A stretch of 64,000 bases of DNA from Congregibacter sp. (lineage in GTDB: Bacteria > Pseudomonadota > Gammaproteobacteria > Pseudomonadales > Halieaceae): NCBI RefSeq assembly GCF_047617445.1, contig NZ_JBLGBE010000005.1, forward strand, positions 5,093 through 69,092. Direction: 5' to 3'. The notes beneath the pieces were generated by a model. That model made no database searches and was not told the DNA's origin. It saw nothing but the letters and a program-made list of their open reading frames with translations. The translations under genes were made by a program, and so were the position numbers. This document shows positions 1-9,113 of this stretch, piece after piece. The first letter of the stretch is position 1. Every line of letters begins with the position of its first letter.

Positions 1-242
1 CGATCCTGGGCTGCCAGCCGAAGTTTGTCTAACAGCGCTACACGGCGCTCTTCACTGATGCCTACCTCATTAGTAAGGACTGAGCGGAGTGCCTCGAGGC
101 TGTTCGTGGTATCAAAATCTTGAGCGAGGCTGAAACTACTGAGCAATACAGCTAGCAGCAGGCTTGATAAGAGCTTGTACGCTGAAACAGGTTTAGCGAG
201 GAAGCTGCGACCGTGGTGAGGCGAAAGCTTTCCCTTCTTCAT
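1..242 (-). CDS. 5' fragment of a signal-peptide protein; the gene runs off the left edge of the window and its function cannot be assigned
   Basis: My translation of the reverse strand from the ATG at 240-242 gives MKKGKLSPHHGRSFLAKPVSAYKLLSSLLLAVLLSSFSLAQDFDTTNSLEALRSVLTNEVGISEERRVALLDKLRLAAQD, with no stop down to position 1. It has a hydrophobic signal-like segment. It starts 7 nt after the stop (250-252) of the preceding gene, so it is probably co-transcribed. It is absent from the ORF track because it is truncated. Confidence 0.45.
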   Translation of the reverse strand, partial: MKKGKLSPHHGRSFLAKPVSAYKLLSSLLLAVLLSSFSLAQDFDTTNSLEALRSVLTNEVGISEERRVALLDKLRLAAQD

Positions 243-249
243 GCGTTCT

Positions 250-1167
250 TCATGGGTTTAACAGTGCGTTCCTTACTTTCTGCGCCCATTGCTGCAAGGC
301 CTCGGTATTTTCAGGTCCCGTGCGCAGTAGTTGCTTGTGCAGATCGCTGGAGCTCTCGAGTTCTGAGTCCGCGTAGGCCCACATGGCGCCTTTACTTACC
401 AGCGCAGGGGGTTGCTCCCGGGTAGGTGCCGACAGAACGTTTTCGAGCGCAGCGATTAAGGCGTTGTCTAAAGCATCGCTGGGGTAGCCCAGTGCGGCAT
501 AGGCACCCTGGAGCAGCGCTCGTTGCTGATGAAAAAGTGTTGCCAGGGTATCCACCGGTAGAGCGGTGATGGTGCTAACGAGCTTGTCGTAGCGCCGATA
601 GCTATCTCGACTGACCCAGTAGTCGGCACCTTCTTGCGTCGTTTTAAAACTGCCCGCAGGTCTAGCGAGATTGGATGTGCGTGTGGGGACTAGTCCTCGT
701 GCGAGTTGGTCGATACTACTGACTCCTCGATCAAGTAAATAGGCTGCGTTGTAGGCGGAACCCAGGCTGTCTCCCGGAGACAGACCCGCTTCAATCACCG
801 CGCTGCGAAGCTGCTGATCGATCTCTTCAGGGGTGGGAGGGCTCACTACAATCTCTTGGACGACAACTTCGTCTACGGGTGTTTCTATGACGTCAGGAGC
901 ACTCGCAATGACCACTGGGATGTCTGGTGCCGCCAAGATCGCGTCGTCCGGGCTTGGCCTGGGTGCCAGGCGCATTGTCTCAGGTGTTTCAGCACTCGTC
1001 TTTTGCTCCGGGAGAGGACTTTCGTCGTTGCTGTCTTTGTCTCGTGGCATGAGTAGGTAAACGCCACCGGCAAGAATGAGTACAGCTACTGCGGTTACCA
1101 AGGTTTGAGTGCTGTGTCGGCCACGTTCGTCGTCGTTGTTAAAGCGGTCATCGCGATCGGCTTGCAT
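250..1167 (-). CDS. DUF3014-like membrane-anchored protein of unknown function
   Basis: 305-aa ORF with one N-terminal TM helix (LVTAVAVLILAGGVYLL) and an acidic/Pro-rich linker. The C-terminal region carries the pattern I associate with DUF3014: ID.LARG.VP...ARP.G.F...YW.S..SYRRYD...GAY..LGYP...LD.ALI....LLRTGPEN. Confidence 0.55.
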   Translation of the reverse strand: MQADRDDRFNNDDERGRHSTQTLVTAVAVLILAGGVYLLMPRDKDSNDESPLPEQKTSAETPETMRLAPRPSPDDAILAAPDIPVVIASAPDVIETPVDEVVVQEIVVSPPTPEEIDQQLRSAVIEAGLSPGDSLGSAYNAAYLLDRGVSSIDQLARGLVPTRTSNLARPAGSFKTTQEGADYWVSRDSYRRYDKLVSTITALPVDTLATLFHQQRALLQGAYAALGYPSDALDNALIAALENVLSAPTREQPPALVSKGAMWAYADSELESSSDLHKQLLRTGPENTEALQQWAQKVRNALLNP

Positions 1168-1334
1168 GCTAGCTCCCTAATCTGTTGGTCTTTTTAGTGT
1201 AGGCGATAAGCGGTCAAACTGTTAAAAGAATTTGACTCGCAAGCCTCTCAGATAAGGCAACAAAAGGGTTGATTGGTTCACTGTGGAATGCCAAAAGACA
1301 GTGCTGCATTGTGGCGTTCTGGGTGTTGATAGAC

Positions 1335-1964
1335 CTAGAGTCGCTGTGGGGCCTTACCGGGTTTTGCATACGCCATGCGCTGTAGAAGTGAGCTTTGGTA
1401 GTAGCTGTCGAGACCCGATATTGCGACGCTGTCCGTCTTCGCTGGATCCAAAGCGCCGAGCTCATTGATAGCCTCACTCGGCACTTCCAGAGAAACAATC
1501 TCACCGATCACCAGATGAGTTCCGTTGATATTCAGCGGTAGTTCATCACGGAGTGTCATTCCCATGCGCACTGCGGCCTCTGCAACGAAGGGTGCTGTCT
1601 GCCCGTCGCGCCACAACTCTGTAAGACCAGTAGCTGCAAACTCCGAGACGTTAGCAGGATAGCGTGCAGCGGTCTGATGGGCGGCATCTACGATGCCTGT
1701 ATGAACGTGATTAATTGTGTAGCTGCCGGTCTCACGGATATTGTCCAAGGTGTGACGCTCGGCGTTATCCGGTCTAAAAATCAGCGCAAGTAGGGGGGGG
1801 TGTGAGCCGATGTGCACTAGGGAGCTCATGATGGCGAGATTGCTGTGTCCCGAGGTATTGGCTGTCCCCACTAGATTGGCAGGCTTGTAACCCGTGATGG
1901 AGTTGATGAGTGCTGCTCGTTTGCGGCGCTCGAGACCTTCGATGTCACTAGCTGTCAGGTGCAT
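1335..1964 (-). CDS. Flavin reductase-like FMN-binding domain protein
   Basis: The 308-aa ORF 1335..2261 overlaps the next gene in another frame. Only the part from internal Met100 (ATG at 1962-1964) looks real: MHLTASDIEGLERRKRAALINSITGYKPANLVGT...NLAIMSSLVHIGSHPP, typical of flavin reductase/DIM6-NTAB family proteins. Predicted length 209 aa. Confidence 0.6.
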   Translation of the reverse strand: MHLTASDIEGLERRKRAALINSITGYKPANLVGTANTSGHSNLAIMSSLVHIGSHPPLLALIFRPDNAERHTLDNIRETGSYTINHVHTGIVDAAHQTAARYPANVSEFAATGLTELWRDGQTAPFVAEAAVRMGMTLRDELPLNINGTHLVIGEIVSLEVPSEAINELGALDPAKTDSVAISGLDSYYQSSLLQRMAYAKPGKAPQRL

Positions 1965-2442
1965 GGAGTTTCTCTGTGAATTGCTTGCCGTAGAGGCGCT
2001 TGTATCGCCAAGTTGCCCACAGGGCGTAGACCGCATCGGCAAAGTGACGAATGAGGGGCCAGCGTAAGATGCGTAACACCCGCCCGTGAGTTGTACCTTC
2101 CCACGCGGCGACATTCGCGTCAGCACTTTTGAGCCAGCTTCCATCGGCGCGGCGTAGGTGCAATACACGAAGGAGTTGGTCTTTGCCGGGCTCCGGATTA
2201 GCCGCGTCTGCAATATCAGAAGAGTTGAATGCATCGTCTTCGATGCCATGAATATCGACAATGCGCAATGAACCCCCCCGAGCTTTGCGAAGCTGGGCTA
2301 TTTCGCTAGCGCACAGAGGGCACTGGCCGTCAAAAAAAAGGGTGTCCACCGACGGGCTATCGTCGTTATCAATGTTGGTCAAAGCAGTGCTCTCCGACGA
2401 CGATAAGTCTTTGATTTTGGTTTTGCGTGTAGCGACGGACAT
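1948..2442 (-). CDS. DCC-family thiol-disulfide oxidoreductase (DUF393)
   Basis: 164 aa with the hallmark FFDGQCPLCASEI motif (DGxCxLC). Size and C-terminal hydrophobic region are typical of DCC1-like proteins. It overlaps the downstream flavin reductase start by 17 nt. Confidence 0.7.
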   Translation of the reverse strand: MSVATRKTKIKDLSSSESTALTNIDNDDSPSVDTLFFDGQCPLCASEIAQLRKARGGSLRIVDIHGIEDDAFNSSDIADAANPEPGKDQLLRVLHLRRADGSWLKSADANVAAWEGTTHGRVLRILRWPLIRHFADAVYALWATWRYKRLYGKQFTEKLHAPDS

Positions 2443-2474
2443 TTGCTCAAACTCGGGAGTCGCCGCCCCCCGGA

Positions 2475-2690
2475 CTAGTAGTTATCCTCCGTTGCACAGC
2501 TAGACAGTCCCAGCCACTTCCATAGGTAGCAGTAGCCAAAAACACTGTTCCAAAGCAGCGCAAACGCAGCGATTAGAATAAACGCTTGGGGAGCGCCAAA
2601 GCGCTCGGCCGTGAGAATCCAGCCTACGATAGTGACAGCGAGCAAAAAGCGTATCGTTCGCTCTACTGTCCCAATATTTCGGTTAATCAT
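2475..2690 (-). CDS. DUF2892 / YgaP-like small membrane protein
   Basis: About 71 aa with the N-terminal motif NIGTVERTIRFLLA followed by two hydrophobic helices, typical of DUF2892. The likely start is Met4 of the 74-aa ORF. Confidence 0.6.
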   Translation of the reverse strand: MINRNIGTVERTIRFLLAVTIVGWILTAERFGAPQAFILIAAFALLWNSVFGYCYLWKWLGLSSCATEDNY

Positions 2691-2804
2691 TTCACACACT
2701 TGTCTTGCAGATTTAACTCATACAGTCTTACGCGCAAAGTGTGCCGCTGGATGGCTTATGTCTGGCACTTCGCTTAGGGATGTTGCTGAGGGCCGTATTG
2801 CGCC

Positions 2805-3743
2805 CTAACGCGGATAGCTGGTCTCGAGCCTATTGAGCGTGTCCTCAAACTCGGCACAAATCTCCGCAAGAATCTCCGCCACTGGACGAACCCCCTCAAT
2901 TCGACCACAAACCTGGCCCGTCAGCGGTATGGCGGACTCCATGTCCCCGCCAAAATACAGGTCCTGGGGCTTGCCAAACTCGGTCATGGCATTCACCTCT
3001 GGCTGTTTTTCGAGTGCGCTTGTGCGCTCCGTACGCAGGGCACGCAAGCCCGGCGATTGAAAACGGTTAAGAAATACAGTGTCCGTCTCATCGGCATTCA
3101 CAATCGCTTGCTTCCAGTTCTCGTGTACGGGAGATTCCAGAGCTGACACCATGCGAGTACCCAATTGCACGCCTTCGGCGCCGAGTGCAAAGGCGGCCAC
3201 CATAGAGGCTCCGTCAACAAAGCCCCCCGCAGCAATGATAGGCACATCAACCTTTGATCGGACCAGCGGCAGGAGCACCATGCTGGCAACATCCTGAGGG
3301 CTTTTGAAGCCGCCACCTTCTCCGCCTTCGACTATCAATCCGTCTACACCATATTCCACAGCTTTGAGCGCGGATTTCAGATTGGGTACGACGTGAAACA
3401 CCGTGAGTCCTGCGCTTTTGAGCAACTCCGTGTAGCGTTCCGGGGAACCAGCCGATGTGGTTACGAAGCGTACGCCCTGATCGATGATGAATTGGGCAAT
3501 ATCAGGGTCGCGTACAAAGGCTTGGGCTATATTTACGCCAAAGGGACGATCCGTAAGCTCACGCATGCGGCGGATCTCATCGCGAATGACGTCAAGCTCC
3601 CCCGAGGACGTTTCGATAATCCCCAGTCCACCAGCATTGCACACCGCCGATGCCAGCTGCGATCGAGCGATCCAGCCCATGGGGGCCTGAACGATAGGGA
3701 GCTCGGCCCCGGTCATTTGAGTGACGCGATTGTCAAATTTCAT
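2805..3743 (-). CDS. Nitronate monooxygenase / NAD(P)H-dependent flavin oxidoreductase (NMO family)
   Basis: 312 aa. Motifs PIVQAPMGWIA, GGLGIIE and AAGGFVDG, plus TIM-barrel FMN enzyme features of 2-nitropropane dioxygenase-like proteins. Confidence 0.75.
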   Translation of the reverse strand: MKFDNRVTQMTGAELPIVQAPMGWIARSQLASAVCNAGGLGIIETSSGELDVIRDEIRRMRELTDRPFGVNIAQAFVRDPDIAQFIIDQGVRFVTTSAGSPERYTELLKSAGLTVFHVVPNLKSALKAVEYGVDGLIVEGGEGGGFKSPQDVASMVLLPLVRSKVDVPIIAAGGFVDGASMVAAFALGAEGVQLGTRMVSALESPVHENWKQAIVNADETDTVFLNRFQSPGLRALRTERTSALEKQPEVNAMTEFGKPQDLYFGGDMESAIPLTGQVCGRIEGVRPVAEILAEICAEFEDTLNRLETSYPR

Positions 3744-3806
3744 GCGATCTTTCCTTAGCTTTTTATGTTCAACGATGGTTATGAGTAGGTCGTTGGCGTA
3801 ACGAAC

Positions 3807-6413
3807 TTAATTGTCGATGTCGGCGAGGACTCGCGCCTGCGCCGCTGCGATTCGGGCGACCGGCACGCGATAGGGGCTGCAGCTCACGTAATCCAATCCC
3901 AGGTCATGACAGAAGCGAATCGAGCGGGGGTCGCCACCATGCTCGCCACAAATACCGTATTTGATGCCTTTCTTGACCTGACGAGACTCCTGCACTGCCA
4001 TACGCATAAGGCGTCCGACGGCACGCTGGTCCAGCGACACAAAGGGGTCGTCTTCTATGATTTTGGCGTTCAGGTATTGCGGAATAAAGCGCCCGGCATC
4101 GTCCCGAGAAAAGCCGTAGGTCATTTGCGTAAGGTCGTTGGTGCCAAAGCTCATAAACTCCACAGCCGATGCAAGGCGGTCTGCACCGAGACAGGCTCGG
4201 GGCGTTTCCATCATGGTGCCGATTTTATAACGCAGCGATACGGACTTTTCTTTGGTGACTTTGGCGATGCCGCGATCAATGATCTCACTGATCAGGCGAA
4301 TTTCTCGCACGTTCACAACGAGGGGGATCATGATTTCCGGGTAGGGGCTCAAGCCTTCTTCTCGCGCTTGTAATGCGGCGCCGATGATCGCTCGGACCTG
4401 CATGCGGGTGATCTCCGGATACACCACCGACAGTCGACAACCGCGAAAGCCCAGCATGGGGTTCACTTCAGCGAGATCGTTGCGAGCCTGGATGATCTCT
4501 TTGGGGTCTTTCCCCAGACGCTCTGCCAATGCTTCTGCATCAGCTTGGTCGTGAGGCAAGAATTCATGCAGTGGAGGATCGAGTAAGCGAATGGTCACTG
4601 GGAGGCCATCCATCACACGATAAAGCTCCAGTATGTCTGCATGCTGAAATTCCTGGAGCTTTGCCAGATGACGCTTGCGCTCCTTTCTGTCCGTAGACAG
4701 AATCATGGCGCGCATATGGTCGATACGATCGCTGGCAAAAAACATATGTTCGGTCCGGCAAAGACCAATACCTTCTGCCCCCAATTCGCGAGCTTTGGCG
4801 GCGTCTTCTGGGGTTTCAGCATTGGCGCGAACCTTCAGGCGTCGATGCTTGTCGGCCCAGGATAATAATGTTTGAAAGTCATCGGAGGTACTGGCCTCAA
4901 CCTTGGGAACATCGCCAAGCATTACCTCACCGCTTGCACCATCCAAAGTAAGCAGGTCGCCGCGTCTTATCACCGTGCCGTCTGCTGCAGTGGCTATGCC
5001 TTCCTGAACAGACACCCGAAGTTCACCACAGCCTGTAATGGCACAGACACCCATGCCTCTGGCAACCACCGCAGCGTGAGATGTCATCCCCCCAAGTTCC
5101 GTGAGAATGCCTTCGGCGACACGCATGCCATGGATGTCTTCGGGGGTTGTTTCCCGACGAACGAGAATGACCTTTTTGCCACCGGCTTCTACTTTGACCG
5201 CTTCGTCGGCAGAGAAAACGGCAACGCCGGTTGCTCCACCGGGACTGGCGGGCAGGCCTTTGGCCACAACAGTTCGTGGCGCATCAGGGTCGATCATAGG
5301 GTGTAAAAAGGATTGCACATGGTCCGGTGATACTCGGAGCAGTGCTTCTTTTTCGTTGATCATGCCTTCGCGGACCATGTCCACGGCAATTCTTACAGAG
5401 GCACGTCCAGTACGTTTGCCGCTGCGAGTTTGCAGGATGTAAAAGCGGCCTTCCTGAACCGTGAACTCAATGTCCTGCATGTCACGATAGTGCTGCTCGA
5501 GCATGGCTTGGGCATCCAGCAACTCTGCATAGGCGCTGGACATGCGCTCCTGCATAGCTTCGACGGGCAGTGGTGTGCGTATTCCGGCGACCACATCTTC
5601 GCCAGCCGCGTTGAACAAGACCTCGCCGAAGAACAGACGTTCTCCGGTCGAGGGATTACGAGTAAACGCAACACCGGAACCTGAGTCTTCGCCGAAGTTG
5701 CCAAATACCATGGACTGCACCGTGACGGCCGTGCCCAAAGAGTCCGGAATATTGTTCATCTCGCGATAAACGTTGGCACGGGGGGTGTACCAGGATTGAA
5801 ACACCGCCTCTACCGCGAGGCGCAGCTGCTCGAAGGGATCCTCTGGAAACTTGACCATGGTTTTGAAGGTGTCTATGACAGCTTGCCAGTCCTCGGCTTC
5901 CATCGCGACGTCAGTTTGATAGGCCTTGTCGTCTTTATAGTCTTCGATGACTTTGTTCATGGCATGGGTGTCAGTACCTAAAACAACATCTGCAAACATC
6001 TGGATGAAGCGACGGTAGCAGTCGTAGGCAAAGCGGGGGTTGTTGGTCTTGCGTGCCAGCCCTTCGGCTATTTCGTCATTGATGCCTAGATTGAGGATGG
6101 TATTCATCATGCCGGGCATGGAGACCGGGGCGCCAGAGCGCACGGAAAACAATAGAGGATTTTCGGGATCTCCAAAGCGAGCGCCCATTTGCTTTTCCAC
6201 CAGGTCCAGGGCGACGCGATACTCCTGCTCCAGCAGTGTAGGGAGCTTGTTACCGTTTTCGAAATACTCCCTGCAGGTGGGGGTTGTGATCACAAAACCA
6301 AAAGGCACCGGCAACTTGAGGGCGGTCATCTCGCAGAGATTGGCACCTTTGCCACCCAAAAGATCTCGGTCGTCCTTGCTGCCCTCAGAAAACAAATAAA
6401 CGCGCTTGGCCAT
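3807..6413 (-). CDS. ppdK: Pyruvate, phosphate dikinase
   Basis: 868 aa. N-terminus MAKRVYLFSEG...LLGGKGANLCEM, phospho-histidine region GGMTSHAAVVARGMG, and PEP-utilising C-terminal domain (GLCRTEHMF, FFSFGTNDLTQ-like FMSFGTNDLTQMT). Confidence 0.93.
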   Translation of the reverse strand: MAKRVYLFSEGSKDDRDLLGGKGANLCEMTALKLPVPFGFVITTPTCREYFENGNKLPTLLEQEYRVALDLVEKQMGARFGDPENPLLFSVRSGAPVSMPGMMNTILNLGINDEIAEGLARKTNNPRFAYDCYRRFIQMFADVVLGTDTHAMNKVIEDYKDDKAYQTDVAMEAEDWQAVIDTFKTMVKFPEDPFEQLRLAVEAVFQSWYTPRANVYREMNNIPDSLGTAVTVQSMVFGNFGEDSGSGVAFTRNPSTGERLFFGEVLFNAAGEDVVAGIRTPLPVEAMQERMSSAYAELLDAQAMLEQHYRDMQDIEFTVQEGRFYILQTRSGKRTGRASVRIAVDMVREGMINEKEALLRVSPDHVQSFLHPMIDPDAPRTVVAKGLPASPGGATGVAVFSADEAVKVEAGGKKVILVRRETTPEDIHGMRVAEGILTELGGMTSHAAVVARGMGVCAITGCGELRVSVQEGIATAADGTVIRRGDLLTLDGASGEVMLGDVPKVEASTSDDFQTLLSWADKHRRLKVRANAETPEDAAKARELGAEGIGLCRTEHMFFASDRIDHMRAMILSTDRKERKRHLAKLQEFQHADILELYRVMDGLPVTIRLLDPPLHEFLPHDQADAEALAERLGKDPKEIIQARNDLAEVNPMLGFRGCRLSVVYPEITRMQVRAIIGAALQAREEGLSPYPEIMIPLVVNVREIRLISEIIDRGIAKVTKEKSVSLRYKIGTMMETPRACLGADRLASAVEFMSFGTNDLTQMTYGFSRDDAGRFIPQYLNAKIIEDDPFVSLDQRAVGRLMRMAVQESRQVKKGIKYGICGEHGGDPRSIRFCHDLGLDYVSCSPYRVPVARIAAAQARVLADIDN

Positions 6414-6548
6414 AAAGCCTGTTCCACTCTATTGATTGTTTGTCGGGCCGATATGGTAACCGACCTTGCTTCTGTGCTCTCTGTCAATAGGCATATTTGT
6501 GAATGATCCTCACTGAGGGCGTTGACCCTGTGCGCGAGAGGCATTAGC

Positions 6549-6563
6549 GTTGACATTGTCAAC
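6549..6563. promoter_or_regulatory. Perfect 15-bp palindrome GTTGACA-T-TGTCAAC, a candidate operator upstream of the TonB-dependent receptor
   Basis: Read directly at 6549-6563, 25 nt upstream of the ATG at 6588, in the 165-bp divergent ppdK/receptor intergenic region. No cognate regulator is identifiable. Confidence 0.3.
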
Positions 6564-6587
6564 ATAACTTAAAACAAGGTGACTAGC

Positions 6588-8990
6588 ATGCCCGCTCGAA
6601 ACAACCTGAAGGCCATTCCCGCAGCGCTTGCCGCCGCTGGTTTTGCTGCATCCGTATCCCTGCCTGCTTTGGGGCAAGGCGCCGGAATGCTCGAAGAAGT
6701 AATCGTAACTGCTGCCAAGCGTCAGCAAACACTTCAAGAAATCCCTATCGCTGTGTCGGTGGTTAGCGCTGAGATCATCGAGCAGTCACAGGTCCTCGAT
6801 ATTAAAGATCTACAGACCCTGGTACCTAGCCTTAGGGTCACCCAGTTGCAGGGTAGTGCGCAGACCAACTTTATTATTCGCGGCTTTGGTAACGGCGCCA
6901 ACAACCCCGGTATCGAGCCTTCAGTGGGTGTATTCGTCGATGGGGTTTATCGTTCCCGTGTGGGTAGCGCGCTCGCCGATCTTCCCAAGCTTGAGCGTGT
7001 CGAGGTGCTTCGTGGCCCTCAGAGCACCTTGTTTGGTAAGAACGCATCGGCAGGTGTCATCAACGTAGTCACCGCAAAGCCTGATCTGGCGGGATACAGC
7101 GGATCGGTATCGGCGACTCTTGGTAACTACAACCAGAAGATTGTTAAGGGAAACTTCACCGGCCCGATTTCTGACAACGTGGCATTTAGCGTGTCCGGTA
7201 GCATGAACCAGCGCGACGGTTACTACGACAACCTTGAATTGGAGACCGAGCAAAACGAAATCAATCGTTGGAACCTCCGCGGTCAGTTGCTGTGGAACCC
7301 CAGTGATCGTATGGAAGTGCGCCTTATTGCAGACTCGGATGGTATCGATGAGCAGTGCTGTGGTGTGGCTAACATAGTGAACGGTCCAACCGGAGCGGTT
7401 GTGCAGGCTCTGGGCGGTAATCTTGTACCTGAGGCACCGTTTGCCTACGAAGGTTTTTATGACTTTGACCCGCAAAACCGTATCGACACGCAAGGCTTGT
7501 CCATGCAGATCGATTACGATTTTGACAGCTTTACCCTGACATCTATCACAGCGATGCGAAAGCTAGAGCAGTTCGATCTGGGTGATGTGGACTATACCAG
7601 TGCACGCTTGGTGACACCCGATGCGGCGAACCAGCGTGACACAGAGATCGATACTTTCACTCAGGAACTGCGTCTTACCTCAGCGACAGACGGTCCCCTG
7701 CAATGGATGGTGGGTGCGTTTTACTTTACCGAAGAGTTGACCACAGAGGGTAGCTTTGGCTACGGAGACCAATTCCGTTCTTATGCTGACTTCCTGACTC
7801 AGGCGGGTACGGGTGGCGCACTGAATCTGGCCATCATCGAGGCGATCTACGGCGTTCCGGCGGGTCTGTCTTTTGCAGAGGGGCAAGGTTTCCCAAGTGA
7901 GAGTTACGCTTTGGACGACGACACCTTGTCGCTGTTTGCCCAAGTTGACTTTGATCTCACCGAGGCTATGACCTTGACTGTTGGGGCAAACTATACTGAG
8001 TCGGACAAGCAAGCATCGGCTAATCTCGTGTCTACCGACGTCTTTGCAACACTGCCCTTTGGCGGCACGCCCTTTGCAGGTTTGCAGGGACTGCAGTTTT
8101 TGCCACCTTATCTGAATTACCCCAACTCAGTAGAAGACGGTAAGTCTAACGACGACGACATCACTTACACGGTTCGTCTGGCCTATGACCTGACGCAAAA
8201 TATTAATGTCTATGGTGGTGTGAGCACAGGTTTCAAGGCAAGTTCCTGGAACATGTCTCGAGACGCTCGTCCGTTGGCCTCTGATCTTGCCGCATTGGGT
8301 GCCGCGGGACTCCTCGTACCTAATATCACCGCGGGCACACGTTTTGCCGGTCCCGAAGAGTCAACGGTATTCGAGCTGGGCTTAAAGGCTGAGTTCGATA
8401 CTGTAAGCGTGAACGTTGCGGTCTTTAACCAGGAGATTGAAGGCTTCCAGTCTAATATCTTTAACGGTGTGGGCTTCAATCTCGCAAATGCGGGTAAGCA
8501 GTCTACCGATGGTATGGAACTGGACGTGACCTGGGTGCCAATCGATGGCCTGCGCGTCGGCTTTGCAGCGACATGGCTGGATCCGCTCTATGATGACTTC
8601 CAGGGTGCAGTGGGTCCCGATGGACCCCTTGACCTCTCCGGTCAGCAGCCTGCTGGTATTCCCGAGCTGTCTACCAATACCAACGCAACCTACAACTTCA
8701 GCATGGGTAGTGTGATGGCCTATGTGCGTCTTGAGCATGTGTATGAGCAAGACGTTCAGGTTGTGGACAACATCCCCAAGGATATTGCGTCGCGTGAGAT
8801 CAACTCATTCAACGCGAGTGCGGGTATGACTTTCGCCAGTGGCTTGGAGCTTAATTTCTGGGGGCGGAACATCAATGGAGATGAGTACCTGCTGTCAGCA
8901 TTCCCATCGGTCGCTCAGGCGGGCAGTGTCAGTGGTTACCCGAACCAGCCGCGCACCTACGGTCTGACCTTGAAGTACAGCTTTGAGTAA
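6588..8990 (+). CDS. TonB-dependent outer-membrane receptor
   Basis: Signal peptide, then a plug domain (EEVIVTAAKRQQTLQEIPIAVSVV, RGFGNGANNPGIEPSVGVFVDGVY, VEVLRGPQSTLFGKNA), a long beta-barrel and a terminal aromatic residue (...LTLKYSFE). I prefer the ATG at 6588, which has AAGG 8 nt upstream, over the GTG at 6579 in the ORF track. Confidence 0.9.
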   Translation: MPARNNLKAIPAALAAAGFAASVSLPALGQGAGMLEEVIVTAAKRQQTLQEIPIAVSVVSAEIIEQSQVLDIKDLQTLVPSLRVTQLQGSAQTNFIIRGFGNGANNPGIEPSVGVFVDGVYRSRVGSALADLPKLERVEVLRGPQSTLFGKNASAGVINVVTAKPDLAGYSGSVSATLGNYNQKIVKGNFTGPISDNVAFSVSGSMNQRDGYYDNLELETEQNEINRWNLRGQLLWNPSDRMEVRLIADSDGIDEQCCGVANIVNGPTGAVVQALGGNLVPEAPFAYEGFYDFDPQNRIDTQGLSMQIDYDFDSFTLTSITAMRKLEQFDLGDVDYTSARLVTPDAANQRDTEIDTFTQELRLTSATDGPLQWMVGAFYFTEELTTEGSFGYGDQFRSYADFLTQAGTGGALNLAIIEAIYGVPAGLSFAEGQGFPSESYALDDDTLSLFAQVDFDLTEAMTLTVGANYTESDKQASANLVSTDVFATLPFGGTPFAGLQGLQFLPPYLNYPNSVEDGKSNDDDITYTVRLAYDLTQNINVYGGVSTGFKASSWNMSRDARPLASDLAALGAAGLLVPNITAGTRFAGPEESTVFELGLKAEFDTVSVNVAVFNQEIEGFQSNIFNGVGFNLANAGKQSTDGMELDVTWVPIDGLRVGFAATWLDPLYDDFQGAVGPDGPLDLSGQQPAGIPELSTNTNATYNFSMGSVMAYVRLEHVYEQDVQVVDNIPKDIASREINSFNASAGMTFASGLELNFWGRNINGDEYLLSAFPSVAQAGSVSGYPNQPRTYGLTLKYSFE

Positions 8991-9021
8991 GTAAGTAGCC
9001 GGGCTCTGGCCAGAACGACGA

Positions 9022-9049
9022 AGGGCGCTCAATGAGCGCCCTTTTTTTA
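9022..9049 (+). terminator. Rho-independent terminator of the TonB-dependent receptor gene
   Basis: A perfect 9-bp stem AGGGCGCTC / GAGCGCCCT with a 3-nt loop, followed by T7 (9043-9049), 32 nt after the stop codon. Confidence 0.85.
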
Positions 9050-9113
9050 TGCTGCGAGTTTTGTTGATTCAGTCGTTCACAACAGTCCGCTCCAGCAATG
9101 TCAGTGATGAATC

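Noticed and set aside
1965-2261. N-terminal 99 aa of the 308-aa ORF 1335..2261
   Set aside because: This part overlaps the DCC oxidoreductase gene in another frame and has no flavin-reductase similarity. An internal ATG at 1962-1964 gives a normal-length protein.
6414-6578. Possible riboswitch (cobalamin or TPP) upstream of the TonB-dependent receptor
   Set aside because: I saw no B12 box (GCCACTG-like) and no TPP core (CTGAGA...ACCTGA) elements. The region is only 165 bp and is shared with the ppdK promoter.
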